From: a virus
Virus record (IMG/VR): IMGVR_UViG_3300042898_000852
Span: 13,937 to 77,936 of that record
DNA length: 64,000 nucleotides
Reading direction: 5' to 3' (one strand)
Made by a program: the position numbers and the translations under genes. Positions within the stretch are counted from its first letter, which is position 1, and the number at the start of each line of letters is the position of its first letter. Below the pieces are notes generated by a model. That model was not told the origin of the DNA. It was given only the letters and a program-made list of their open reading frames with translations, and did no database searches. Positions 18,593-28,497 of this stretch are shown in pieces.

Positions 18593-20341
18593 ATGGCATA
18601 TCAAGTAGACAAATTTAATGGCACGTTTTTAGTCTCAGTAGAAGACGGTACCATTGATACCACTACTGATCTACGCTTCTTAGGTAAAAATTACGCAGGC
18701 TATGGCGAAGTACAGAACGAAAATTTCTTACACCTTTTAGAGAATTTTGCCAATACTTCTGCTCCACCGAGAGCTGTGTTAGGTCAAGTTTGGTACGACA
18801 GCACAAACAAAAAGATTAAATTCTATGATGGATCTAGATTTAGAACATCTGGCGGATCGGAAGTTAGTGCAACAGCACCTTCCGGACTTGTTGCAGGAGA
18901 TTTTTGGCTAGACACTACCACTGAGCAACTGTATGTATCTAATGGTACATCCTTTGTGCTGGTAGGACCGCAAATAGCAGAAGACCCCGGAGCCACAGCT
19001 GTAGAAGTGGTGGTAGTAAAAGATGTCAGTAACGTAAATCACACAATTATTAAATTTACTGTTAGCAGCGATACGCAATATATAATGAGCAAGACTGCGT
19101 TTACATTGAGTCCGTCAGTGAATCCTATTACTGGTTTTAGTGAAATCAAGAAAGGTCTTACTTTAATCAATACTCCGTCTACCGGGGTGACCACAGATGA
19201 TCATATTCATTGGGGCACAACTTCTAATGCAGCTAAACTAGGAGGATTTGCAGCCAGTGAATATCTAAGAAATACCAATGCACTGTTTCCAAACGGTGCC
19301 AAGTTTTATGATGTTGGTTACACCTTGGGTGACACTGATGATTTAAAAGTATTTGTTGAATCCGGTGATCAACCGATTATTTCTAATCAACTAGGATCTT
19401 CTGGATCTCAAACAATCACAGTGAGAATTGTGACATCTGGCGGTGATAGAGACTATGTATTTGGTGCAGATGCCATCTACCCAGCAGCAAACAATGCAAG
19501 AAATCTAGGTGCTACATCTGCAAGATGGGCCACAGTGTTTGCTACCACATTTAATGGGGCTCTTACTGGCAACGTCACTGGCAACGTCACTGGCAACGTC
19601 ACTGGCAACGTCACTGGCTCAGTCAACGGATCGTTGACTGGTAATATAATTTCGTCCACAGGAGTCACTGTATTAAATTCCGGTGCAGGTGCAGGTACAG
19701 CGGTATATGTGGGATCTGTAAACGGAACGGCCAGTAATGCCTTGCAATTGAATAATAAAATACAAGATGTTACTGCTGCTGCCGATACCATTGCGCTAAG
19801 AGATGCTAGTGGTAATCTAGTGGCCAATCAATTCACCGGCACAGCTACCCAAGCAGACACACTATTGTGGAGCGGCTCGTATAGAACAGCAGCTAGTACT
19901 TCAACAGCTAACACTGTTGTGATTAGGGATGCAAGTTCTAACATTTATTGTAATGTTTTAAATGGAACTGCTACTTCAGCACAGTATGCTGACCTTGCAG
20001 AAAAGTACCTAACAGATCAAGAATACGATACCGGCACAGTGGTAGTTGTCGGCGGCGAAAAAGAAGTCACTGCTAGCACTTGGGGTAAACGTGCTATTGG
20101 TGTAGTAAGTGCTAATCCTGCATTTATGATGAATCGAGATCTAGAAGGCGGTACATATATTGCCCTTAAAGGTCGAGTTCCAGTAAAAGTAATAGGATCA
20201 GTTAAAAAGGGAGACAATCTAATAGCAGCCAATGACGGTTGTGCTTCTGTAGCAGTTCACCATTCCAGTGAAGTGTTTGCAGTGGCATTAGAATCTAATA
20301 GCGATACAAGTGTGAAACTTGTTGAAGCTGTAATATTGTAA
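18593..20341 (+). CDS. Tail fibre protein with C-terminal intramolecular-chaperone/autocleavage-like domain
   Basis: Paralogue of 16737-18548 (TSAQYADLAEKY...ALKGRVPVKV); ATG 18593 lies 7 nt after GGAG. Confidence 0.75.
   Translation: MAYQVDKFNGTFLVSVEDGTIDTTTDLRFLGKNYAGYGEVQNENFLHLLENFANTSAPPRAVLGQVWYDSTNKKIKFYDGSRFRTSGGSEVSATAPSGLVAGDFWLDTTTEQLYVSNGTSFVLVGPQIAEDPGATAVEVVVVKDVSNVNHTIIKFTVSSDTQYIMSKTAFTLSPSVNPITGFSEIKKGLTLINTPSTGVTTDDHIHWGTTSNAAKLGGFAASEYLRNTNALFPNGAKFYDVGYTLGDTDDLKVFVESGDQPIISNQLGSSGSQTITVRIVTSGGDRDYVFGADAIYPAANNARNLGATSARWATVFATTFNGALTGNVTGNVTGNVTGNVTGSVNGSLTGNIISSTGVTVLNSGAGAGTAVYVGSVNGTASNALQLNNKIQDVTAAADTIALRDASGNLVANQFTGTATQADTLLWSGSYRTAASTSTANTVVIRDASSNIYCNVLNGTATSAQYADLAEKYLTDQEYDTGTVVVVGGEKEVTASTWGKRAIGVVSANPAFMMNRDLEGGTYIALKGRVPVKVIGSVKKGDNLIAANDGCASVAVHHSSEVFAVALESNSDTSVKLVEAVIL
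19565..19618 (+). repeat. Perfect 12-bp tandem repeat (ACTGGCAACGTC)x4.5 encoding (TGNV)n
   Basis: Read directly; identical codons in all copies. Confidence 0.95.
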
Positions 20342-20350
20342 GGATTTAAA

Positions 20351-21238
20351 ATGGCTGCAGGTACAGGATCAATAATTGAAGCAGTAGACTATAATACAAT
20401 AAGAACAAAAATTATTGGTATTATGGGAACAGGAGCCGGCCAATCGGGCTACGGCCAAACACTGTTAAGTTCGGCTGTGGCCTTTGGCAATACAGTGACA
20501 AAAGTACAATGGGACAATTTGAGATTTGACATATTCAACGCTAGACTTCATCAAGATGGCTTATCACCAACTATTGTCAATGCAGTATCAGGGCAACCTG
20601 TGAGATTTGGTGCAGGACATCCCAACAATCAATACAACACTCAAGCAGATACTGCAATTGCAAATAAATTTAATATAGGCACTGGCCAATTTGTTGTTGA
20701 GTCAGCCACGTCGGCTACTCGTTCTACAGCATGGAATTCAAGTCTTACAGCAACAGTTACAGTGACTTTTTCCACAGCTGATCAAGCTCGTCACTTTTTT
20801 AACAGCGGCAGCAAGGTAAGGTGTGCAAGTTCTAGAACAGGTGGTACAGCAAGTCCACAAAATTCTTCATGGTCAAATATACTAGATACTGCTGGTACAG
20901 TGGCTTTTGGTGGAAATACCGCAGTATTGAATTTTTATAATTTGACAAATAGTTATCAAACATTTTTTAACTTGACCTCTAGTGCTCCGTATTCAGCAAA
21001 TCAATATAGAATCGAAGTGGTTTCAAATGTGGCTGACAACAGTGTGGGCGGCGCAACTGTTTTGACCTTTAGAGTCACGTATACTGATACCTATTCGAAT
21101 TCTCCAGATAACGTTGATGGTACATTGACTCTTACTGTAGATGAATTAAGAGCATCAGGTACACTGCAACCATTAGGGACTGGGCCATTTGTTATAACAA
21201 GACCCGGTTACTCCATCTCTGGTATATCTGGCTCTTAA
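20351..21238 (+). CDS. Virion structural protein (paralogue of next gene)
   Basis: GYGQTL, WDNLRFDI, ARHFFNSG, FYNLTNSYQ and DGTLT motifs shared with 21280-22185; S/T/G-rich. Confidence 0.6.
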   Translation: MAAGTGSIIEAVDYNTIRTKIIGIMGTGAGQSGYGQTLLSSAVAFGNTVTKVQWDNLRFDIFNARLHQDGLSPTIVNAVSGQPVRFGAGHPNNQYNTQADTAIANKFNIGTGQFVVESATSATRSTAWNSSLTATVTVTFSTADQARHFFNSGSKVRCASSRTGGTASPQNSSWSNILDTAGTVAFGGNTAVLNFYNLTNSYQTFFNLTSSAPYSANQYRIEVVSNVADNSVGGATVLTFRVTYTDTYSNSPDNVDGTLTLTVDELRASGTLQPLGTGPFVITRPGYSISGISGS

Positions 21239-21244
21239 CACCCG

Positions 21245-21277
21245 TATAAATAGTCTTATGAAAAGGATTAAGGACTA
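21245..21277 (+). promoter_or_regulatory. T4-type late promoter TATAAATA plus SD-sequestering hairpin
   Basis: TATAAATA 21245-52; TAGTCTTA (21251-58) pairs with TAAGGACTA (21269-77), which contains SD AAGGA. Confidence 0.55.
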
Positions 21278-21279
21278 CA

Positions 21280-22185
21280 ATGGCTGTTAATGATCTTATA
21301 AAGACCACAGACTACAATAATCTACGTGCCAACATAATTGATATCATTGGCAACGGTTCAGCTACCTATGGATACGGTCAAACTTTGCAGAGTTCAGACA
21401 AATCTACCCACGAAAAGATTAGTCAAACTGATTGGGATTTACTTCGATTTGATATTGTAAATGCAAGAACACATCAAGATGGAGTAGCACCAACAATCAC
21501 AGATATCGATGAAGGTCAACTTTTATCTTTTAGTAATAACACTCAGTATAGCGGAGTAATTACGCCTGCCGTAACAAATAGATTCAATATAGGTTCAGGT
21601 AGATTTTTGACTGAAAGTGCAGTGAGTTCTACCAGGTCCACACAATGGAATAGTTTAGTTGTGTGTGAAGTCACAGCAACTTTCGCCAATGCCAATCTAT
21701 GTCGTTGGTTTTTTAACAGCGGAGGACAGATTAGAATTCAATCTTCTAGAATCGACGGAGCCGGCACTGCTCAAAACAATGATTGGTCTAATTTAACCAC
21801 CACCGCCGGAATGCAAGCATTTGGAAGTCAAACACCGTCTGCTGGATTTAGTCCAATGAACGGTCAAAATTTTTATAGATTAACTAACTCTTATCAAAAT
21901 TTCTATACTTTATCTTCATCCGCCCCATATTCGTCAAATAGTTATAATTTAGATGCCAAGTGTGATGTTGCAGATAATTCTGCTGGTACAGCTACCACGG
22001 TGTTTATCCGAGTTAGATTTGTTGACAATTACACTGATCCAGGAGCACCAGGCCCCGACGACATTATCGACGGAACACTAACAGTTACAGTTACTGAAAA
22101 AAGAGCCACAGGATCTTTAGTTCCATCTGGAACCTTCACTATCACTAGACCCACATATTCAATCACCGCAATCGGCGGAACATAA
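21280..22185 (+). CDS. Virion structural protein (paralogue of previous gene)
   Basis: Clear colinear similarity to 20351-21238. Confidence 0.6.
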   Translation: MAVNDLIKTTDYNNLRANIIDIIGNGSATYGYGQTLQSSDKSTHEKISQTDWDLLRFDIVNARTHQDGVAPTITDIDEGQLLSFSNNTQYSGVITPAVTNRFNIGSGRFLTESAVSSTRSTQWNSLVVCEVTATFANANLCRWFFNSGGQIRIQSSRIDGAGTAQNNDWSNLTTTAGMQAFGSQTPSAGFSPMNGQNFYRLTNSYQNFYTLSSSAPYSSNSYNLDAKCDVADNSAGTATTVFIRVRFVDNYTDPGAPGPDDIIDGTLTVTVTEKRATGSLVPSGTFTITRPTYSITAIGGT

Positions 22186-22203
22186 TTTTTCATCGATGAC
22201 AGC

Positions 22204-22222
22204 AGCATATAAATAATATGCT
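22204..22222 (+). promoter_or_regulatory. T4-type late promoter TATAAATA heading the glycosyltransferase cluster
   Basis: TATAAATA at 22208-15 within inverted repeat AGCATAT/ATATGCT. Confidence 0.55.
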
Positions 22223-22241
22223 ACTATAACTGAGGATGATT

Positions 22242-22592
22242 ATGGACGACCGTTTACAAACTGCATTGGATTTTTCTAAGTATCGCCAAACACTTTCAAT
22301 ACAACGAAGGCTTCTAAAAGAAAAACTACAAGCTAAATTAACCTATGGCACTGCCGGTGGCATTTTTTACATTGATCATTCTTTAATTTCTTTTGTACAA
22401 TTATGTATTGATCAAGGGAGAGTATCTGGTATACCGTTAATTGATAGCAATGAAAATCCTGTCCTAATCGATGACTTAATTAAATTTCGAGATGAAATTT
22501 TTGATAGATATTTCTCAGCTAGTTTCCAATATATGAGCGAATATGACGCTATTAAAAAAAGTAGAACAGTTGAAAAATTAGTAGATTTATGA
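22242..22592 (+). CDS. Hypothetical protein
   Basis: SD GAGGA before ATG 22242; ATGA overlap with next gene. Confidence 0.6.
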   Translation: MDDRLQTALDFSKYRQTLSIQRRLLKEKLQAKLTYGTAGGIFYIDHSLISFVQLCIDQGRVSGIPLIDSNENPVLIDDLIKFRDEIFDRYFSASFQYMSEYDAIKKSRTVEKLVDL

Positions 22593-23446
22593 AAAGAGGA
22601 ATATTAATATTTGCTCACAACAGCAGAGACGTCGATTATGCTTTAATGTCTTTGGTATCTGCAAAGTTTGCAAAAGCAAATTTACAAGTTCCTGTATCTT
22701 TAGTAGTTGATAAATTTACTGTGGAATGGATGCAGACATCTAATATCTATAATCTTTCTCAGGAAATTTTTGATAAAATTATAGAAATTGAAAAACCAGT
22801 AACTCAAAATACTCGTGTGTTACACGATGGATATACTTCTAAAACAGTTCCTTTTGTAAATTCAAATAGGGCTTCAGTTTGGGATCTTACTCCATATGAC
22901 AGAACATTATTAATAGACAGTGATTTTTTGATAATGTCTGACAGACTCGAAGAGTATTGGGAAGTTGATTCGAGTGTAATGTTATCTTCATCTATGCAAG
23001 ATGTTAGGGGAGATAGGAAAGGTATTTTAGATTCTTGGGTGTCTGAAACTGGAATTGCCTTATATTGGGCTACCACAGTGATGTTTACTAAGAATAATGA
23101 ATCTAAAATATTTTTTGATCTAGTAGATGTTATTAGAACAAACTACAATTATTTTGCAGACTTATTTAGATTTAATCCTAAACAATACAGAAATGACATT
23201 GCTTTTAGTATAGCAAAGCATATGCTAAATGGCTTTGAAACTAGAGGAGAAAATCTTCCTCCGATACTAACATTATTAGATAAAGACCTAATTCATTCTA
23301 TTGACAAAAATCAACTGCGTGTTTATCTAAATGACAATATGTCTGAGGATCATGTGGTTATTGCATCAATCAAAGATTTAGATGTTCACGTAATGAATAA
23401 ACAAAGCATAATTAGGAATGCAAAAGAATTTTTGGAAATACTATGA
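22589..23446 (+). CDS. Putative GT-A glycosyltransferase
   Basis: KRGILIFA N-terminal strand; TPYDRTLLIDSDF DxD motif; RNDIAFSIA. Confidence 0.6.
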   Translation: MKRGILIFAHNSRDVDYALMSLVSAKFAKANLQVPVSLVVDKFTVEWMQTSNIYNLSQEIFDKIIEIEKPVTQNTRVLHDGYTSKTVPFVNSNRASVWDLTPYDRTLLIDSDFLIMSDRLEEYWEVDSSVMLSSSMQDVRGDRKGILDSWVSETGIALYWATTVMFTKNNESKIFFDLVDVIRTNYNYFADLFRFNPKQYRNDIAFSIAKHMLNGFETRGENLPPILTLLDKDLIHSIDKNQLRVYLNDNMSEDHVVIASIKDLDVHVMNKQSIIRNAKEFLEIL

Positions 23447-24282
23447 CTTTTGGATATCTTATTGTAGTTTCTAAAAACGATTCGGTTGATTATTTAAAAT
23501 TGGCCTATGCTCTAGCATTAAGCATTAAAAATACTCAACAAAAAGGATTTGACAAAGTAGCATTAGTAACCGATAATATTGAAGATGTTAAAAAACTAAA
23601 AAGTTCCTGGGTGTTTGATAAAATTATTGAATGGAATCAAGAAACTTTTTGGGATGGTCGAAGTTGGATGGATAAATTAAGTCCTTGGGATCACACTATA
23701 TGTCTAGATGCAGACATGTTGTTTTTTAGAGACTGCAGACATTGGGTTGAATACTTTATTGAGAACACTGAATTATATATTCCCAACAAGGCGTATACCT
23801 ATCGCGGAGAACTTGTAAAAGATTCATATTATAGAAAAACATTTGAACGTAACGATCTACCTAATTTATATTCTTTTTATACATTCTTTAAAAAAGATTC
23901 TAAACTAGCTGAAGAATTCTTTTTACTAGGTAGGTATATTTTAAAAAATCCTAATGAATTTAAAAATCTATTTCTAGAAAATTATCTTCCAAAAGTTGTA
24001 GGCACAGACGAAGCATTTTCTCTAGCTGCAAAAATTTTAGACATTCAAGATGATATAAGCTATGATTTAGAATTTCCCAAGGTAGTACATTTAAAACCAA
24101 TGATACAAAATTGGCCGTGGCCTGCTGATAAAGTTTCTGATCATGTTGGATTTTATTTTGATCTGCAAGGTAAATTAAAAATTGGAAATTATCAGCAACA
24201 GGATATTGTTCATTACAACGAAAAAAATTACATAACCGACGAAATCACTAACATTTTAGAGGAAATATTATGGAAGAAATAA
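23443..24282 (+). CDS. Putative GT-A glycosyltransferase (paralogue of previous gene)
   Basis: SPWDHTICLDADML DxD motif; TDEAFSLA; VHLK/VHY C-terminal His motifs as in GT8-like enzymes. Confidence 0.6.
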   Translation: MTFGYLIVVSKNDSVDYLKLAYALALSIKNTQQKGFDKVALVTDNIEDVKKLKSSWVFDKIIEWNQETFWDGRSWMDKLSPWDHTICLDADMLFFRDCRHWVEYFIENTELYIPNKAYTYRGELVKDSYYRKTFERNDLPNLYSFYTFFKKDSKLAEEFFLLGRYILKNPNEFKNLFLENYLPKVVGTDEAFSLAAKILDIQDDISYDLEFPKVVHLKPMIQNWPWPADKVSDHVGFYFDLQGKLKIGNYQQQDIVHYNEKNYITDEITNILEEILWKK

Positions 24283-24860
24283 TTGATTTTGACAGTTGGT
24301 TACAACAATATACTGCACCACAAGTAGAATACTGGGCAATTTTTGAACCTACTACTGGTGAAGTCACTGGAATTTATCCCGATTCTGCTGCTGATGATAA
24401 ACAATATAAAATAAAAATTGATAGCGATCTGGCAGAAGATATACATAACGGAATAATTCAAATGAGTTCTTGTTTTGTAGATATAGATTCCGAAACAATT
24501 GAAATTGTTACTAAGCACAGTCTTATTAAAATTGACGATGTTTTGCATAGAGTAATTGATAAAAAATATAGGGCAACTCAAAAAAATGATATTATTATTC
24601 AATTTAACGAATTAGAAAATAAAATAATTTTTGTTTTATACAGTTCAACTAACACTAGAAAAATACATCGGGACGGCAGTACTGAAATGCAGTTTTTTAT
24701 CACCTCCTATAATGATCCACATAATCTTTACCAAACAATAACTTTTCAACTAAAAGATTTAGAACAAGGTTCTAAAGAATTTATATACACTGGCCCCCAC
24801 AAACGATTTAGTATTTTTACAAGAAGAATATTAAAAAATTATGTTTTTGAAAAAATATGA
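24270..24860 (+). CDS. Hypothetical protein
   Basis: 196-aa ORF overlapping both neighbours in the operon. Confidence 0.6.
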   Translation: MEEIIDFDSWLQQYTAPQVEYWAIFEPTTGEVTGIYPDSAADDKQYKIKIDSDLAEDIHNGIIQMSSCFVDIDSETIEIVTKHSLIKIDDVLHRVIDKKYRATQKNDIIIQFNELENKIIFVLYSSTNTRKIHRDGSTEMQFFITSYNDPHNLYQTITFQLKDLEQGSKEFIYTGPHKRFSIFTRRILKNYVFEKI

Positions 24861-25753
24861 AAACCATAGAACTAGATATTGTATTTTTAAGCTATGACGA
24901 GCCTAATGCAGATTTACATTATGCAGATCTATGCAATAAAGTTCCTTGGGCTAAACGAGTACACGGAATAAAAGGCAGTGATGAAGCACACAAAGAAGCT
25001 GCAAGACAATCAGAAACAGATTGGGTTGTTACTATAGATGCAGACAATATTGTTGACACAAAATTTTTTAACACAGAGTTTGATTCCGATCAAAAAAATT
25101 TACAAGTAGTTAGCTGGTTAGCACGTAATAGAATTAATGGATTAAGATATGGCAATGGCGGCCTTAAAATTTGGCGTAAAGATTTTATTCTAAATATGAA
25201 AACGCACGAAGCTAGTAACAATGAAAGAGCACAGGTAGACTTTTGTTGGGAACAAGGTTATCAACAATTTAAAGAGTGCTATAGCGAAACAGTTATCACA
25301 GGATCGCCTTTTCAGGCCTGGAGAGCAGGATTTCGTGAAGGAGTAAAAATGACATTGCTTGACGGAGTTCGAGTCCCGCCGGATGAAATTCGTGAACGAG
25401 TGTGGTGGCATAACTTACATAGACTGCGTATGTGGTCAACTGTGGGCTCACATGAAGAAAATGGTATATATGCTGTCTACGGAGCTAGACTGGGTACTTG
25501 GTTAGCAAATTGCACTAAGTGGAATTATGTGGAAGTTAGAGATTTTGAAATCCTTAAAGATATTTGGAATCAATATGGACGTCCGTACGAAAAGGTTAAT
25601 CAAGAAGGACTGGTTGAAGAAATAAAATTACTTGGTGAAAAAATTAAATTAGGATTGGGATTTGATTATCCTTATTTAGATCCCAAACAAAGTAAGTATA
25701 CCTTGGACTTGTATAACGAAACAATAAATTTAACAAATACCTATTTAAAATGA
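24857..25753 (+). CDS. Putative GT-A (GT2-like) glycosyltransferase
   Basis: DIVFLSYDEPNA...RVHGIKGSDEAH...VTIDADN (DxD)...YGNGGLK...AWRAGFREG. Confidence 0.55.
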   Translation: MKTIELDIVFLSYDEPNADLHYADLCNKVPWAKRVHGIKGSDEAHKEAARQSETDWVVTIDADNIVDTKFFNTEFDSDQKNLQVVSWLARNRINGLRYGNGGLKIWRKDFILNMKTHEASNNERAQVDFCWEQGYQQFKECYSETVITGSPFQAWRAGFREGVKMTLLDGVRVPPDEIRERVWWHNLHRLRMWSTVGSHEENGIYAVYGARLGTWLANCTKWNYVEVRDFEILKDIWNQYGRPYEKVNQEGLVEEIKLLGEKIKLGLGFDYPYLDPKQSKYTLDLYNETINLTNTYLK

Positions 25754-26838
25754 TCTACGATATTTTTTATGTAAGCAAAAACACCGTTAATGACACCAAG
25801 TGGCTATCTTTTAATAAAAGATTTCCATTATCTCAAAAAATTGAAAATATAAAATGTTTCTCAGATATTTCTAACAAAACATTTACTAAATTATTTTGGG
25901 TAGTTTGGGATGATTTAATTATTTCGAATGATTTTAATTTTAATTATATTGTTCCAAAATGGGATGAAAAATATATTCATGTTTTTAAAAATGCAGAGCA
26001 CTTTGATGGCGTAGCATTATTCTCAAAATATTCAGATGTAAGTGACAAAGAATTTGAAAAAAGATTTTACAGAAATCACAAAAAAATAGATATAATTGCC
26101 AGCAACCCAACAGACACTGAACTTTATGATATAGTGTTTATCAGTTATAATGAGCCGACCGCTGATATTAATTTTATAAATTTAAAATCAAAATTTCCAA
26201 GAGCTAAAAGAGTTCACGGAATAAAAGGAATACACCAAGCACATATTACAGCTGCCAAACTAGCAGATACCTGTATGTTTTGGGTAGTAGATGGTGATGC
26301 TGAAATTTTAGAAGATTTTAATTTTGATCATGAAGTATCTACTCATGAAAAAGATATCGTACACGTTTGGCGTAGTAAAAATCCTATTAATGATTTAGTA
26401 TACGGATATGGTGGTGTGAAACTATTGCCAACTTTGTTGACTATGGGTATGGATGTATCTAAGCCAGATATGACAACTAGTATATCTAATAAATTTAAAG
26501 CAGTTAAAGCTATATCAAACATCACGGCATTTAATACTGATCCGTTTAACACTTGGAAATCAGCGTTTAGAGAATGTTGTAAATTATCTAGTAAAATTAT
26601 TGATAGACAAAAAAGCGAAGAAACATTGTATAGACTTGACGTATGGTGTACGCTAGGTATTGATCGACCGTTTGGACAAGATGCGATTGCCGGAGCAATA
26701 GCAGGTAAGGAATATGGTAGTGCAAATATAGATAATTTAGAAGCACTAAAAAAGATTAATGATTTTGATTGGTTAAAAGAATATTATGAACAACAAACAA
26801 AAAATAAACCTCAAGCAGGCATCAATCGTCTTGACTAA
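25750..26838 (+). CDS. Putative GT-A glycosyltransferase with a degenerate N-terminal duplicate domain
   Basis: C-terminal half is paralogous to the previous gene (DIVFISYNEP, RVHGIKGIHQAH, FWVVDGDA, YGYGGVK, WKSAFREC); N-terminal half repeats YDIFYVS...FWVVWDD. Confidence 0.55.
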   Translation: MIYDIFYVSKNTVNDTKWLSFNKRFPLSQKIENIKCFSDISNKTFTKLFWVVWDDLIISNDFNFNYIVPKWDEKYIHVFKNAEHFDGVALFSKYSDVSDKEFEKRFYRNHKKIDIIASNPTDTELYDIVFISYNEPTADINFINLKSKFPRAKRVHGIKGIHQAHITAAKLADTCMFWVVDGDAEILEDFNFDHEVSTHEKDIVHVWRSKNPINDLVYGYGGVKLLPTLLTMGMDVSKPDMTTSISNKFKAVKAISNITAFNTDPFNTWKSAFRECCKLSSKIIDRQKSEETLYRLDVWCTLGIDRPFGQDAIAGAIAGKEYGSANIDNLEALKKINDFDWLKEYYEQQTKNKPQAGINRLD

Positions 26839-26883
26839 TCAAATCACAAGACAGTCGTTAGGCCTAAATAAGAAAAAACTATA

Positions 26884-28140
26884 ATGACATCATCTACCCT
26901 ATGCGCCGTGCCATGGATGCATTTAAATTTTGAACCTAACGGAAAAGTTGTACCATGTTGTTTAACTTCGGCACACAACTACTTTGCAGGTGACCTCAAT
27001 ACTCAATCTATTGAGGAGATTTGGAATAGCAATAATATGAAAAATCTCCGTAAAGATATGATAAATGGTGTTGAGCCTAAAGTGTGCGATAAGTGTTTCA
27101 ACAGAGAAAAGGTAACTGGTGAAAGTGGCAGATTTTATCACAACCACGACTTTCCAGAGGTAGTGGCAAAAATTCCAAACATTACGTTAGCAGATGGAAC
27201 GTGTACTACTATGGAGTTAAAGTACTGGGACTTCCGTTTTAGTAATCTTTGCAATTTCAAATGTCGAAGTTGTGGCCCACGTTATAGTTCAGCCTGGGTC
27301 CCAGATGCTAAAAAACTAGGACACACTGATCAAGAAAAAGTATGGAACATCGATTCGATAGATAACCAAACCAATTTTGATTTTCTTAAAGATCAAATTG
27401 ATGTTGTTAAACGCATTTATTTTGCGGGTGGTGAGCCGTTGTTAATGCCTGAACATTGGCAAATTTTAGACATGCTGGTAGAGAAGAAACGTTTTGATGT
27501 CAAGCTAAGTTATAATACCAATGCGTCCGTATTATCCTATGGCAAAAAGAATATCATCGATTATTGGAGTCAATGGCAGTTCGGTAAACTGGAAGTATGG
27601 CCAAGTATTGATGAAATAGGTGAACGTGCTGAACTAATTCGCTCAGGTACAGTATGGTCCAAGGTAGAAGAAAACTTAAAAGAACTTGCTAAACACGCTA
27701 ACATTATGCTTCGCCCAGGGCTTACTATTGGTGCGTGGAATGTACATCGCTTACCTGAAATTATTAATCATTTGATTAGCATCGGGGTAATTAGATCTCA
27801 CCCAACGTCTAAGAATAGCAATTACAATAATTTCTTTATCAACTTGCTAGAACATCCTGTCCACTATCATGTAAACATCCTCTCCGACGAATATAAAGAA
27901 CAGATATCTGCTAAACTAAAAGCGTTTGTTATCGAACATAACAAAAAGTATAATACAGATATTACAGCAACATTTAAACACATCTTGCACGAATTAGAAA
28001 AGCCGTTTAACTTAGAAGCCGCAAAGGAATTCTTAAAGATAACTAGTCAATTGGATATACTGCGGAACGAAGATACATTTAAGATATTGCCAGAAATGGA
28101 AGATGTTAGACGTAGTGTTTTAAAGACGTTTGATGTTTAA
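26884..28140 (+). CDS. Radical SAM protein with N-terminal SPASM/twitch-like Cys cluster
   Basis: CNFKCRSC (CxxxCxxC); YFAGGEPLL; YNTN; N-terminal CAVPW..PCC..CDKC. Confidence 0.85.
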   Translation: MTSSTLCAVPWMHLNFEPNGKVVPCCLTSAHNYFAGDLNTQSIEEIWNSNNMKNLRKDMINGVEPKVCDKCFNREKVTGESGRFYHNHDFPEVVAKIPNITLADGTCTTMELKYWDFRFSNLCNFKCRSCGPRYSSAWVPDAKKLGHTDQEKVWNIDSIDNQTNFDFLKDQIDVVKRIYFAGGEPLLMPEHWQILDMLVEKKRFDVKLSYNTNASVLSYGKKNIIDYWSQWQFGKLEVWPSIDEIGERAELIRSGTVWSKVEENLKELAKHANIMLRPGLTIGAWNVHRLPEIINHLISIGVIRSHPTSKNSNYNNFFINLLEHPVHYHVNILSDEYKEQISAKLKAFVIEHNKKYNTDITATFKHILHELEKPFNLEAAKEFLKITSQLDILRNEDTFKILPEMEDVRRSVLKTFDV

Positions 28141-28191
28141 GATAACAAAATGTATTAAACTTTGCAGAGATCCAGTTTTTAAACAAATTGT

Positions 28192-28497
28192 TTAAAACAA
28201 TTTTTTAGTTTTGTCAGTTATGTCTTGCTTCAGCCGTTGAATATCTATAGTAAAATCTACTTTAGTAATTTCTTCTTTATATTCTTGAAATGTATCCAAG
28301 AGTTTTTCAGCAACGATGTCATTGGTTGCATTGCCAAGCTGCTCTTGAATATCTATTTCCCATATTCTACCATTGTTAAATTCTAATCGAACACTTTTTA
28401 AATATGCCACCGGCATGGTGTTCATATACATATCTTCAAAAACTTCCGGCCACTCCTTAACCAAATGACTAGGTGGCCTAAATAAATGTTTAGGCAC
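28192..28497 (-). CDS. Hypothetical protein
   Basis: 101-aa ORF, GTG start, last gene of the - strand array. Confidence 0.55.
   Translation of the reverse strand: MPKHLFRPPSHLVKEWPEVFEDMYMNTMPVAYLKSVRLEFNNGRIWEIDIQEQLGNATNDIVAEKLLDTFQEYKEEITKVDFTIDIQRLKQDITDKTKKLF

Noticed and set aside
19565-19618. CRISPR array or DGR repeat
   Set aside because: No spacers and an in-frame coding repeat; no reverse transcriptase or cas genes, and no TR/VR pair was noticed
956-27147. Numerous 60-160 aa ORFs on the - strand under the structural and GT genes
   Set aside because: Antisense shadows of long + strand genes; no SD or recognisable motifs
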